Source: an uncultured delta proteobacterium (GTDB lineage: Bacteria > Desulfobacterota > Desulfuromonadia > Geobacterales > DSM-12255). From it: a stretch of DNA of 64,000 nucleotides. The position numbers were made by a program, and so were the translations under genes. The stretch's first letter is position 1, and each line of letters opens with the position of its first letter. The stretch covers positions 384,001 to 448,000 of the forward strand of contig CAWBBV010000001.1 in NCBI GenBank assembly GCA_963787125.1. The letters are read 5' to 3'. A model generated the notes under the pieces. The model made no database searches, was not told where the DNA came from, and saw only the letters and a list, made by a program, of their open reading frames with translations. Shown in pieces: positions 1 to 9,370 of the stretch.

Positions 1-548
1 CCGTACACCAGCAGCGTTACCAGCCCCTGCAGGACTGCAATGACAACAAATGAACTCCGCCAGCCGAATGCGCCCACGGCAATGGCAAGTGGAACTGTGC
101 CGATAACATTGCCAACGTTGCCGACCGCCACCATCAAGCCGGAGACCCGGCTAAACTCTTTTCTGCTGAACCAGTGGCTGAATATCGTGAAAGTTGCCAT
201 CAGCACTGAAGAGGTGCCGATCCCGATCAAAACCCTGGCGATCATGGCAGTTTCAAGATTAGTTGCAGCAGCAAACAGCCCCCCGCCGATAGTTGTCAGA
301 ACACCGCAGAGACTTATGATCAGCCTGCCCCCCAGGCGGTCAATAAGAGGGCCGAGTGGAATCTGGGCAAGTGCGTACACATAGAAGAGGATGCCGGAAA
401 GTCTGCCGAGATCTGCCGGCGTCAGGGAGAGTTCACGGGAGATATCGCCGGCGACGACCGCCAGCGACACTCTGTAGAAGTAGACAAGTATGTAAATAAG
501 GGCGAGGGTTGAAAAGATGATCCAGCGGCGGCTGTTATTATTCGACAC
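1..548 (-). CDS. MFS transporter (5' part; runs off window)
   Basis: Manual translation from GTG at 548: SNNNSRRWIIFSTLALIYILVYFYRVSLAVVAGDISRELSLTPADLGRLSGILFYVYALAQIPLGPLIDRLGGR; MFS motif A (G-x3-DRxGxR-like). Not in ORF track because truncated. Confidence 0.85.
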   Translation of the reverse strand, partial: MSNNNSRRWIIFSTLALIYILVYFYRVSLAVVAGDISRELSLTPADLGRLSGILFYVYALAQIPLGPLIDRLGGRLIISLCGVLTTIGGGLFAAATNLETAMIARVLIGIGTSSVLMATFTIFSHWFSRKEFSRVSGLMVAVGNVGNVIGTVPLAIAVGAFGWRSSFVVIAVLQGLVTLLVY

Positions 549-1146
549 AGGTTACCGCATCTCTCTGAACGACCTTGATATCACCGGTGGTCATATCATA
601 GACCCAGCCGTGAATTGAGAGTTTATTCTCCCGCATGGCGTTCCTGACAAACGGATATTCACGCAGATGCTCAAGCTGGAGGCGGACATTCTCTTCCACG
701 ACCAGTTGCATCCGCTGCTCGTCGGAAAGTTTGATCCGCAGACTGGCAATCTTTTCATCAACCCGCTCCTTGGCCTTGTAGGCATTATTCAGCCAGATCG
801 GTATATAGCGGTCGTCATGATGCTCTTCATCCATGGCGGCAATGCCGCCGCAGCCGTAATGGCCGCAGACGACGATATCAGGGATCTGGAGGTGATTGAT
901 GGAAAATTCGAGAACAGCCGAAAGATTCCAGTCGTTCGTCGCCACAATGTTGGCAACATTGCGGTGAACAAAAACTTCTCCCGGCCTTGTCTGGGTGATG
1001 GTGTTGACCGGAACACGGGAGTCTGAACAGCCGATCCAGAGCACCGTAGGCCGCTGCATTTTGGCAAGATCCTCGAAGTAATCCCGCTCAACATCGAAGA
1101 CTTCCGTGACAAAGCGTCTGTTGCCGTCGAGAAGAGTGGTTATCAT
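538..1146 (-). CDS. can: Beta-class carbonic anhydrase
   Basis: Zn motifs WIGCSDSRVP and CGHYGCGG, HRNVAN. Confidence 0.95.
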   Translation of the reverse strand: MITTLLDGNRRFVTEVFDVERDYFEDLAKMQRPTVLWIGCSDSRVPVNTITQTRPGEVFVHRNVANIVATNDWNLSAVLEFSINHLQIPDIVVCGHYGCGGIAAMDEEHHDDRYIPIWLNNAYKAKERVDEKIASLRIKLSDEQRMQLVVEENVRLQLEHLREYPFVRNAMRENKLSIHGWVYDMTTGDIKVVQRDAVTCVE

Positions 1147-1172
1147 AACTGCCCTCCATGAACTGCAGGCTG

Positions 1173-1688
1173 CTAAAGAAGCGTTTTAACCGCCCCGATG
1201 ACCGCCGCATAATCCGGTTCAGCGGTGACTTCCGGTACAATTTGAATATATCTGATGATATCATCCGCATCTATGACAAAAACCGAGCGGCAGAGAAGTT
1301 TCAGCTCCTTTATCAAAACGCCGTAGGCTGAGGCAAAGTCGCGTTCCTGATAGTCGGAAAGCGTTGTGACCCGGTCAATTCCGGCTGCGCCGCACCATCT
1401 TTTCTGGGCAAAGGGGAGATCAAGGCTCACCGTCAGCACAACAACATTTTCCGGCAGACCGGCAGCCTCCTGGTTGAAACGGCGGGTTTCGGTGTCGCAG
1501 ACCGGCGTATCCAGCGAAGGGACTGCGCTGATGACCTTGATTTTACCGCTGTAGCTGGCAAGAGTTACCGGTGCAAGGCCATTGTCCACAACCCTGAAAT
1601 CAGGGGCCTTTTCGCCGGCTTTGAGCTCCGGACCAAGCAGTGTAAATGGATTACCTTTAAAGGTTATTATTCCCGTTCTTTCGTTCAT
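1173..1688 (-). CDS. tpx: Thiol peroxidase (atypical 2-Cys peroxiredoxin)
   Basis: VPSLDTPVC, SLDLPFAQKRWCG, EPDY motifs; start chosen at MNERTG. Confidence 0.95.
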   Translation of the reverse strand: MNERTGIITFKGNPFTLLGPELKAGEKAPDFRVVDNGLAPVTLASYSGKIKVISAVPSLDTPVCDTETRRFNQEAAGLPENVVVLTVSLDLPFAQKRWCGAAGIDRVTTLSDYQERDFASAYGVLIKELKLLCRSVFVIDADDIIRYIQIVPEVTAEPDYAAVIGAVKTLL

Positions 1689-1898
1689 GGCATTTTTCTC
1701 CCGTTGTTCTGAAATATTCACCGTTCAAATTGTAGCCGAGGCCGGACAAAAGGCAAGCGGGCGTGTCAGACAAGCGCTGTGCCGCTGTTTTTCATCTTGC
1801 ATTTTCCCGCTGATTCGGGTTTTTATTACTGGTTGCAATTATCATTAGCGAAATGTACTGACAATGTGACTATGCTGTCAACATTCAAAAGAGGATCC

Positions 1899-2378
1899 AT
1901 GCAAAAGAAAACGGCTGAAAAAGAAAACCTTCCGGCTATCGACCTGAGCGGCGAAGACGCCTGGGAGCTGTTCGATGCGCCTTCACTGGTGGGAGAATCG
2001 CTGCGTTTCGTTTCCGGAGACCCGCAAGGGAACCGCTTCAGAGTCCGCTATTACCGCGACGCAGATAAGCACCTTCATGCCAGAATCTGGTTCGGCCCGG
2101 AAACAGAAGGCCCTCCCGGCCATGCCCACGGTGGTTCTGTAGCGGCGGTCATGGATGAAGCGCTTGGTCTGGCAGCCTGGGCAGCAGGCTACGCCATAGT
2201 TGTCGGCAACCTGAACGTCAGTTTTCGCAATCTGCTGCCGCTGCAGCAAGTGGTGACAGTTGAAAGCAGGGTCATCTCGGCAGAAGGGCGTAAAATCATG
2301 GTGCACGGACGGATATTCTGCGGCGAGACAACCTACGCCGAAGGTGAATGTCTCTGCATTACTCTGCCGGGGAAATAG
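1899..2378 (+). CDS. PaaI-family (hotdog) thioesterase
   Basis: GPPGHAHGG...AAVMDE motif; ATG 1899 after GAGGA. Confidence 0.85.
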   Translation: MQKKTAEKENLPAIDLSGEDAWELFDAPSLVGESLRFVSGDPQGNRFRVRYYRDADKHLHARIWFGPETEGPPGHAHGGSVAAVMDEALGLAAWAAGYAIVVGNLNVSFRNLLPLQQVVTVESRVISAEGRKIMVHGRIFCGETTYAEGECLCITLPGK

Positions 2379-2385
2379 GCCTTTT

Positions 2386-3201
2386 ATGACACCGTCTCCT
2401 GATACGTTTCTTGCAACAGCAGTCGGCCTGGCAAAAGAGGCCGGGCTTTATCAGCGCTCAAAGCTCTGGACCCCGCTTCAGATTCAGCACAAGGGGGAGA
2501 TCGATCTTGTCACCGAAGTGGATCAGGAGTCTGAGAAAATCCTGGTGGGCGGCCTGCAGCGGGCCTTTCCCGAGCACGATTTCCTTGCCGAAGAGAACCT
2601 GTATCAGGACAGGGGTAAAAGTCACAAGTGGATCATTGATCCGCTCGACGGCACAACCAATTTTGCCCACGGCTTCCCCTGGTTTGCCGTCTCGATGGCG
2701 CTTGAGATAGAAGGAGAAGTTGTCCTCGGTGTCGTACTCCACACGATGATGGATGAAATCTTCACCGCCGTTAAAGGCCAAGGCGCCTATCTGAACGGAG
2801 TCCGCCTCGCGGTCTCGCCCCGCTCACCGCTGCGCGGCGCTCTCCTGGCGACCGGCTTCCCTTATGACAGCGCCACCGACAGGGAGAACAATTTCGCTCA
2901 TTTCGTCAACTTCCAGATGAGTTGTCGCGGCATACGAAGAGCCGGTGCTGCTGCCCTTGATCTGGCGTATGTAGCTGCCGGACGACTTGACGGCTTCTGG
3001 GAGTGCAAGCTCAAACCGTGGGATGTGGCCGCGGGGCAACTGCTTGTGCTGGAGGCGGGCGGAAGAGTGACCGGCTATGCAGGAGAGCCTTACTCGGTAT
3101 ACAACCACCGGATAGTTGCCGGCAACGGCCTGATCCATGAAGAGATGCTGGCGATGCTCAACAAACCTGCCCCGCTGGATGCGGTCTGCACTTCGAGGTG
3201 A
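2386..3201 (+). CDS. suhB: Inositol monophosphatase family protein
   Basis: DLVTEVD, WIIDPLDGTTNFAHG, WDVAAG motifs. Confidence 0.9.
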   Translation: MTPSPDTFLATAVGLAKEAGLYQRSKLWTPLQIQHKGEIDLVTEVDQESEKILVGGLQRAFPEHDFLAEENLYQDRGKSHKWIIDPLDGTTNFAHGFPWFAVSMALEIEGEVVLGVVLHTMMDEIFTAVKGQGAYLNGVRLAVSPRSPLRGALLATGFPYDSATDRENNFAHFVNFQMSCRGIRRAGAAALDLAYVAAGRLDGFWECKLKPWDVAAGQLLVLEAGGRVTGYAGEPYSVYNHRIVAGNGLIHEEMLAMLNKPAPLDAVCTSR

Positions 3202-3205
3202 AATC

Positions 3206-4132
3206 ATGAAAGTAGCTATTGTCGGCGCCGGTGCGCTCGGACTTTATTACGGCGCCCTTTTGCAGAAAAGCGGCGTTGAAACCCATTTTCTGCTGCGACG
3301 TGATTATGCTGCAGTCAAGGCAGACGGTCTGCGGGTGTATTCGATCAATGGCGACTTTCATCTCCCGCAAGTCCATGCCTGGCGATCACCGGCAGAAATC
3401 GGCCCTGTCGATCTTGTTATCGTCGGCCTGAAGACCTTTGCCAATAATAGCTATTATGAGCTGATTGCACCGTTGCTGAAAAAAGAGACCCGGATACTGA
3501 CCCTGCAAAATGGTCTTGGTAATGAGGAGATGCTGGCAGATCTTTTCGGCGCAGAGCGGATCATCGGCGGGGTCGCTTTCCTCTGCTCCAACCGCGGTAC
3601 ACCGGGGACTGTCCATCATCTCGGGGCAGGAAGAATCGTTCTGGGAGAGTTCATCAGCATGGATGGCAGGCGCCTGGAACAGCTGGCGGAGCTGTTCACT
3701 ACCGCCGGAGTTGATTGTAAAACAACGGCTGACCTGAAACGAGCCCGCTGGGAGAAACTTGTCTGGAACATCCCTTTTAACGGGCTGTCAGCCCTGCTGC
3801 AACAGTCTGTTGACAAACTGCTTGCAGTTGCGGCAACACGAACACTGGTACGGGAGATCATGCTCGAAGTCATAAAAGCCGCAAACGTTCAGGGACTGAA
3901 ACAGCCGATCCCGGATAAATTTGCCGATAGTATGATCGACTTCACCGATAATATGGGAGAGTATCGGCCTTCAATGCAGATTGATCGGGAAGAGGGGCGA
4001 GAGTTGGAAATCGGTTCGATTTTCAGAAATCCTCTTACGTCAGGCGCAGAGAAAAGGATCGAGATGCCGCGAGCAGAGATGCTTGCGACCCTGCTGGAAC
4101 AGTGTCAAACAGGGGCACAAGGCGGCTGTTGA
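3206..4132 (+). CDS. panE: 2-dehydropantoate 2-reductase (ketopantoate reductase family)
   Basis: GAGALG Rossmann motif, LQNGLG, WEKLVWN, SMQID..GRELE. Confidence 0.85.
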   Translation: MKVAIVGAGALGLYYGALLQKSGVETHFLLRRDYAAVKADGLRVYSINGDFHLPQVHAWRSPAEIGPVDLVIVGLKTFANNSYYELIAPLLKKETRILTLQNGLGNEEMLADLFGAERIIGGVAFLCSNRGTPGTVHHLGAGRIVLGEFISMDGRRLEQLAELFTTAGVDCKTTADLKRARWEKLVWNIPFNGLSALLQQSVDKLLAVAATRTLVREIMLEVIKAANVQGLKQPIPDKFADSMIDFTDNMGEYRPSMQIDREEGRELEIGSIFRNPLTSGAEKRIEMPRAEMLATLLEQCQTGAQGGC

Positions 4133-4180
4133 ACGTGTCAGGAGCTGAGGTAACTTCCTTCTTTAAATTATCAGCGACAA

Positions 4181-4888
4181 TCACTTCTTGAGAATTTTCT
4201 CTGCCTCTATCTGCCTGAAAATATCATGGAGCGACTCCGAATAAATCTCTTCACGTTTCCCTTCAAGTGGATAGAACGGATAGGCAAATATCAGCAGCGC
4301 TTCGACCCAGTTGTCGAGAACAGCCTTGCGCTGATAGGTGCGAACCTTTGCCCCTTTTTTATCACGGACCTGGGCGGTAATCGTGTAATCCCAGGAGTAA
4401 GGCATCGGAATTACCGAGAGAGAAAGCAGTGAGACTGTGCCGCTGAAACACTGCTGTTTGAAAGAAGACTCCTCCAGAATCACAATCTCAACAGTGAAGT
4501 CATGGCTGGACTTAAAGTTTCCAAGCTCCTGACGGCGCTTGAGATTGTTAACGTCCTGAGGTGACTCGATGAACGTGTTATAAAGTGCAATATTGGTTAT
4601 TTCAGGGAGTGCATCGCGAAACAAGTTATCAAAATCCTTCACTCCATACGCGTGTAGTTTCGGGATACTGTCAAAACCGTGCTGCTGCACCAGATTTTTG
4701 AAATTGAAAAAAACACTCACCTTCTCCGCGCCCGAATTCTGCTCGACAGGGCGGCTATACTTTCCGGCTATTTCAGATCGTGTAGCAGCGCAGCCGCAAA
4801 GTAAAGCGTTCAAAAGAACCGACAGCAGCAGATATTTTGCAATCTGGCTGGCTCGACCCTTTAACAGGGTGCTTATGCAGTAATCCAT
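4181..4888 (-). CDS. Hypothetical lipoprotein
   Basis: 235-aa ORF with hydrophobic N-region and lipobox-like LLCGC; GGAGG upstream. Confidence 0.65.
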   Translation of the reverse strand: MDYCISTLLKGRASQIAKYLLLSVLLNALLCGCAATRSEIAGKYSRPVEQNSGAEKVSVFFNFKNLVQQHGFDSIPKLHAYGVKDFDNLFRDALPEITNIALYNTFIESPQDVNNLKRRQELGNFKSSHDFTVEIVILEESSFKQQCFSGTVSLLSLSVIPMPYSWDYTITAQVRDKKGAKVRTYQRKAVLDNWVEALLIFAYPFYPLEGKREEIYSESLHDIFRQIEAEKILKK

Positions 4889-5020
4889 TTGACACCTCCA
4901 TCGTTGCTGTTAATATTTGCATTTGATAATAAATAATATCATTAAATGCAATGTCTTCAGCAATTTTCTTTTATCCACTTATGGCTAAATTAGCCGCAAA
5001 CTCAAACAAGGAGACTACCT

Positions 5021-5623
5021 ATGAGAAAGCTTTTTACGTCAATCACAACCATCATCTTTGCCCTGGCTCTGCCGTTACTGGCCTCAGCCTCAACCTGGAA
5101 CATCGACTCGGATCACTCCAATGTAGGGTTCAAGGTCAAGCATCTTATGATTTCCAACGTCAAAGGGAGTTTTGACAAGCATACCGGCACTGTCGAACTG
5201 AATGACAAGGATATCACCAAGTCGAAAGTTGAAGTCAGCATTGAGACTGCTTCAATCAATACCAATGTCCAAAAGCGTGATGAACACTTGAAAAGCATAG
5301 ATTTTTTGGATGTCGCCAAGTACCCGACCATGACATTTGTTTCAAAAAAGGTGGTCAAGGCAGGCAAAGACAAACTTAAAGTGACCGGCGCCCTGACCCT
5401 TCACGGCGTCACAAAAGATGTCGTCCTCAATGTTGACGGCCCGAGCAAGGAGAGCAAAGACCCTTATGGCACCATTCGCAAAGGGGCAACAGCCACAGCA
5501 ACTATCAATCGCAAGGATTTCGGTCTGACCTGGAATGCAGCGCTTGAAACCGGCGGAGTGGTAGTTGGTGACGAGGTGAACATCATTCTTGAGATCGAGT
5601 TGATAAAAGTGAAGGACAAGTAG
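5021..5623 (+). CDS. YceI-family periplasmic lipid/polyisoprenoid-binding protein
   Basis: Signal peptide; WNIDSDHSNVGFKVKH, RDEHLKS.DF, INRKDFG motifs. Confidence 0.92.
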   Translation: MRKLFTSITTIIFALALPLLASASTWNIDSDHSNVGFKVKHLMISNVKGSFDKHTGTVELNDKDITKSKVEVSIETASINTNVQKRDEHLKSIDFLDVAKYPTMTFVSKKVVKAGKDKLKVTGALTLHGVTKDVVLNVDGPSKESKDPYGTIRKGATATATINRKDFGLTWNAALETGGVVVGDEVNIILEIELIKVKDK

Positions 5624-5747
5624 CAGTCCGGCGCTACGATACAGGCAAAAAAGGGAGCGACCGATTAGGCGCTCCCTTTTTTGTTGTTACAAGTGACTTT
5701 CGAATTTTTCAAATAGCCAGCTGTTTCCCCATATCGTGCGGCACAAC
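5500..5747 (+). repeat. Direct repeat copy 1 (~248 bp): yceI 3' end + terminator + degenerate 3' end of giant gene
   Basis: Aligns colinearly with 9124-9370 with scattered substitutions. Confidence 0.95.
5647..5682. terminator. Bidirectional intrinsic terminator
   Basis: AAAAAAGGGAGCG-loop-CGCTCCCTTTTTT between convergent genes. Confidence 0.9.
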
Positions 5748-5760
5748 TGTTGGCGCAAAC

Positions 5761-6582
5761 TCAGTTCGGATTGCAAACCGGCCAGAGTTGCAGGTAACTT
5801 AAGAGCGGTTTTGGTGTCGAGTTGCCATCTTCAAGATCAACGGCCAATCTGGTCATGTGGCCGGCGGGATTGTCGATTTTATCCGTGGTATCAGTCCAGT
5901 AGTAGTCATTGACAACCCCTTTAAAACCGACAGCGTTAAAATAGTCTGCGGCATATCCATTGCTGCTCTTCCCTTTGTACCCGGCATAAAGGGCATAAGC
6001 CATTATGCCCTTCAATTCACTTTCCCAGGGAAGTCTCCAATCAGAGCAACCGGCAAATCTTTTTGCTGATAATCGGCTGGCGGCCCCTCTTGCATTGCCA
6101 AAACTGACTGCTTTGCCATCCTTTGACACCATCCGCAGCCAGAGCAGACCGGTATTTTTATCACTGGCGGCTAATTCATCGAAGGTAAAAGGGGACTCTT
6201 TCAAGGCTGGCGAAGCTAGCGGCGGTGCGTTCGCTTTTAGCGGCTCTGGAGTGCCAATGGCATCCACATTCCAGGTCACTTCGCCATCAAAACCGGCGGG
6301 GATATCGGTGAGGGTATCCCATACTATCCGCTTGCCAACTCCAGTTTTGACTTTTTTGCCGAAGTCGCCCTTCAGGGTCAGCTTTTCAGCAGCATATTTT
6401 CGACCGGATATGGTCAGTGAGACTGCCACTTCAGTTTCTCTTTCTCCGATTTCGCCACTGAGATCAAAGGTAGCAAAACCCTTGTCACCGCTCTGGCCAA
6501 CCTTGAGATTGATAATTTCGGCGGCAATAAGGGTAACAGGAAGAGCAAGGACAAACGCTAACGTAAAAACAATAAGTTTCAT
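5761..6582 (-). CDS. Secreted DUF1566 (Lcl/C-type-lectin-like) domain protein, paralogue 2
   Basis: Signal peptide MKLIVFTLAF; DKNTGLLW, GCSDWRLP..SEL, YWT, WPVC motifs. Confidence 0.8.
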   Translation of the reverse strand: MKLIVFTLAFVLALPVTLIAAEIINLKVGQSGDKGFATFDLSGEIGERETEVAVSLTISGRKYAAEKLTLKGDFGKKVKTGVGKRIVWDTLTDIPAGFDGEVTWNVDAIGTPEPLKANAPPLASPALKESPFTFDELAASDKNTGLLWLRMVSKDGKAVSFGNARGAASRLSAKRFAGCSDWRLPWESELKGIMAYALYAGYKGKSSNGYAADYFNAVGFKGVVNDYYWTDTTDKIDNPAGHMTRLAVDLEDGNSTPKPLLSYLQLWPVCNPN

Positions 6583-6671
6583 GGGCCTTCTTTTGTAAAA
6601 AGTGAAATAGTCACTGTCGGCATCACCAGAACCAGGGTTTCTGAAATTGTGCGTCGCTTGTGGGCACAATT

Positions 6672-7490
6672 TCAGTCCGGTGTGCAGACCGGCCAATTCT
6701 GCAGGTATTGATCAAGGGCTTTACTGGTCGAGTTACCATCTTCAAGATCAACGGCTAATCGATGTCTCATCTGTTCACCAGGGACAGCAGACTCAGTCCA
6801 GAAGTAATCATTAGCAACCCCGTTAAAGCCGATCATATTGAAGTAGTCTGCCGGATAACCTTTACTCTTTTTCACGTTATACCCCGCTGCAGTCGCATAG
6901 GAAATTATGGTTTTTAACTCCTGCTCAAAGGGAATCCTCCATTCAGAACAACCGGCATATCTTTCTTCCTTAAGTCTTTTTACTACCCCTCTTGCTTTGC
7001 TGATTTTCACACCTTTGCCATCTTTTGACACCATTCGCAACCAGGATAAGCCGGTATTTTTATCACGGGCAACTAACTCCCCGAATATAAAAGGTGATTC
7101 TTTAAGATCTGGCGAAGCTGCCGGCGTTACGTTCACTTTTTGAAGCACTGGAGTGATCTTTACCACCGCATCCACACTCCAAGTTACCTCACCATCATAA
7201 CCGGAGGGGATATCAGTGAGGGTATCCCACACTATCCTTTTGCCGACCCCGGTTTTAACTTTATTGCCAAAGTCGCCTTTGAGAGTCAGCTTGTCAGCAT
7301 CATATTTTCGACCGGAAATGGTCAGGGAGACAGCTACTTCAGTTTCACGTTCCCCGATTTCTCCGCGGAGATCAAAGGTCGCAAAACCCTTGTCGCCGCT
7401 CTGGCCGACTTTGAGGTTACTAACCTCAGCAGCGATAACACCAGTTGGAATAACGAGAATCAGCGCTAATAAACAGATAATTATTTTCAT
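6672..7490 (-). CDS. Secreted DUF1566 (Lcl/C-type-lectin-like) domain protein, paralogue 1
   Basis: Signal peptide; DKNTGLSW, GCSEWRIP..QEL, YFWT, WPVC; N-domain nearly identical to neighbour. Confidence 0.8.
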   Translation of the reverse strand: MKIIICLLALILVIPTGVIAAEVSNLKVGQSGDKGFATFDLRGEIGERETEVAVSLTISGRKYDADKLTLKGDFGNKVKTGVGKRIVWDTLTDIPSGYDGEVTWSVDAVVKITPVLQKVNVTPAASPDLKESPFIFGELVARDKNTGLSWLRMVSKDGKGVKISKARGVVKRLKEERYAGCSEWRIPFEQELKTIISYATAAGYNVKKSKGYPADYFNMIGFNGVANDYFWTESAVPGEQMRHRLAVDLEDGNSTSKALDQYLQNWPVCTPD

Positions 7491-7494
7491 GGAT

Positions 7495-8955
7495 CTACTT
7501 TTTCACAAAGATAAAATCGCCACTATCATGGCCCGAGTTGCGAATAACCTTGTACTCCGGTGTCTGCTGAGCCTTTCCGGACACAGCTTCACGGACTCTG
7601 TTGGTAAGCAGTTCCCCAGCGGTAAAGACAGAACGATCAGGGTTTTTAAGTGAATTAATCAGGACTTCTGCGAAAACTGAGTTCCCGTTACCACCGGAAT
7701 CGGCGACAGGCTCAATTCCGCCTGAAGAGATCAGAACCCGCGACGGTTTTTCCTGGAGTTTCCTTAAATAGTTATCGCGGCTGTCACCACCGAGAAGGTC
7801 GGCCTTGATCTCCCGTGAAATCGCCCCGGAATAACATGAATCAGCAATAATAAGAACCTGCTTCGCAGTTATCCGCTTCAGTTGATCTGTTATCCGTTTT
7901 GTATCAAGCCAGTTGGTGTCATCGGAGAGTTCGGCATCATACGGCAACCAGTAGGACGCATCCGTGACCTTATCCAGAATCCCGTGTCCGGCATAATAGA
8001 TTATCAACCGGTCAGCCGGCGTCAGTCTTGAACGGAGAGAGTTCAACTCCTTCAGGATTGCCGTGTCCGTAGCTTTTTCGTTCAGCAGCAGTCGTGTCTC
8101 GAAACCGTAAAGGTCACGGAGGACTTCTGCCATCTGTTCGGTATCTTTGACTGCGGTTTTCAGCGGGTCAATGTTTTTGTACCTGTTGATACCGATCAGT
8201 AGCGCATAATTCTTGCCTTTGACTTCGGGCAGCGGTTCATCTTTGGGGACCGCTGCAACCTTGCCTGCTGCCCGACTGACTGAAAACTTCTCGGTCGAGC
8301 GGTTCTTGAAAATGTCCACTGCTGTGATAGTAATATCATTCAAACCCGGCTTGAGCAGGAGTTCAGCGGAAAAATTGCCGTTCTCATCGAGTACCGCCGA
8401 CTGGCCATTGACGGTAACTGACGCCACACCGGATAAGTCTGCAGCTTTGCCGGTAACCAGCAGTGTCTCTCCGTGTGCAACTACCTTAACGCCTCGCTTA
8501 ACCTCAGGGGAGGTAACGGTTATAACAGGCGCCGTTGAATCCGTTTCTCTAAGCTCTGCCAACGCTTCCCTGAATATGCTGAATCGCTGGGAAGCAGTGT
8601 TGCGATAAATATCTGTAGCAAGCACAACGACCTGGTTCTCGCCAGGCCTCAGGAGAACTTCACCACTGAAGTTGCCGTTTTCATCAAGAGTTGCCGGTCG
8701 CCCGTTAAACGTGAGTCCGGATACACCGCTGGCATCAATTGCTTTTCCTGAGATGACGATAAAAGAGTCCCTGGTTCGGGCCTTGTTATCCTTTAGCAAC
8801 GGATTGCTGATAATGATGGCAGGAGGGGTAGTATCAAGAGCGGAGGCCGCTTCGTTCCTGGGCTGAACACCCATTCGGGTAGAAGCGGAGGCCGCGAATA
8901 CCGACTCGGTCAAAAGCAGTGACAGCAATAAAAGCTTTGCAACAAATCGCATCAT
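7495..8955 (-). CDS. Secreted caspase-like (peptidase C14) protein with two N-terminal Ig-like repeats
   Basis: YALLIGIN, catalytic dyad YYAGHG and IADSCYSG, QQTP; two D..AP.I.....G...D.SGV repeats; signal peptide from MMRFVAKLL. Confidence 0.88.
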   Translation of the reverse strand: MMRFVAKLLLLSLLLTESVFAASASTRMGVQPRNEAASALDTTPPAIIISNPLLKDNKARTRDSFIVISGKAIDASGVSGLTFNGRPATLDENGNFSGEVLLRPGENQVVVLATDIYRNTASQRFSIFREALAELRETDSTAPVITVTSPEVKRGVKVVAHGETLLVTGKAADLSGVASVTVNGQSAVLDENGNFSAELLLKPGLNDITITAVDIFKNRSTEKFSVSRAAGKVAAVPKDEPLPEVKGKNYALLIGINRYKNIDPLKTAVKDTEQMAEVLRDLYGFETRLLLNEKATDTAILKELNSLRSRLTPADRLIIYYAGHGILDKVTDASYWLPYDAELSDDTNWLDTKRITDQLKRITAKQVLIIADSCYSGAISREIKADLLGGDSRDNYLRKLQEKPSRVLISSGGIEPVADSGGNGNSVFAEVLINSLKNPDRSVFTAGELLTNRVREAVSGKAQQTPEYKVIRNSGHDSGDFIFVKK

Positions 8956-9123
8956 GATCTCCCTGACCCACATCTGCAGGTTAAGTGCAACAACGAAAGT
9001 AAACAGGCAGAATAGTAATCTATTCCAGATATAATTCAAATCATTAAAACAGCAGCCTGTTCTATTTTAACTGCGTGAAAAGCGGTAAAGATCACTTTTT
9101 TGAGAATTTTATGCTCTAACGTA

Positions 9124-9370
9124 AACCATCAACCGCAAGGATTTCGGTTTGACCTGAAACGCAGCGCTTGAAAGCGGCGGAGTTGTTGTTGGTTACGAGG
9201 TGAAGATCATTCTTGAGATCGAACTGATAAAGGTGAAGGACTAGTAGCAGTCCGGCGCTACGGTACAGGCAAAAAAGGGAGCGACCGATTAGGCGCCCCC
9301 TTTTTTTTGTTGCAGGTAACTTTCGAATTTTTCAAATAGCCAGCTATTTCCCCATATCGTGAGGCACAAC
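9124..9370 (+). repeat. Direct repeat copy 2: pseudogenised yceI 3' end + terminator + true 3' end of giant gene
   Basis: Matches 5500-5747; yceI frame carries TGG>TGA (9155) and AAG>TAG (9242). Confidence 0.95.
9271..9308. terminator. Intrinsic terminator (duplicate of 5647-5682)
   Basis: AAAAAAGGGAGCG-loop-CGCCCCCTTTTTTTT. Confidence 0.8.

Noticed and set aside
4917..4951. Inverted repeat TTGCATTT...AAATGCAA with Fur-box-like core upstream of yceI
   Set aside because: Weak consensus match in very AT-rich DNA; cannot assign a regulator.
5761..7490. DUF1566-like paralogues as diversity-generating retroelement targets
   Set aside because: No reverse transcriptase or template repeat in the window, and the differences include indels rather than looking adenine-specific.
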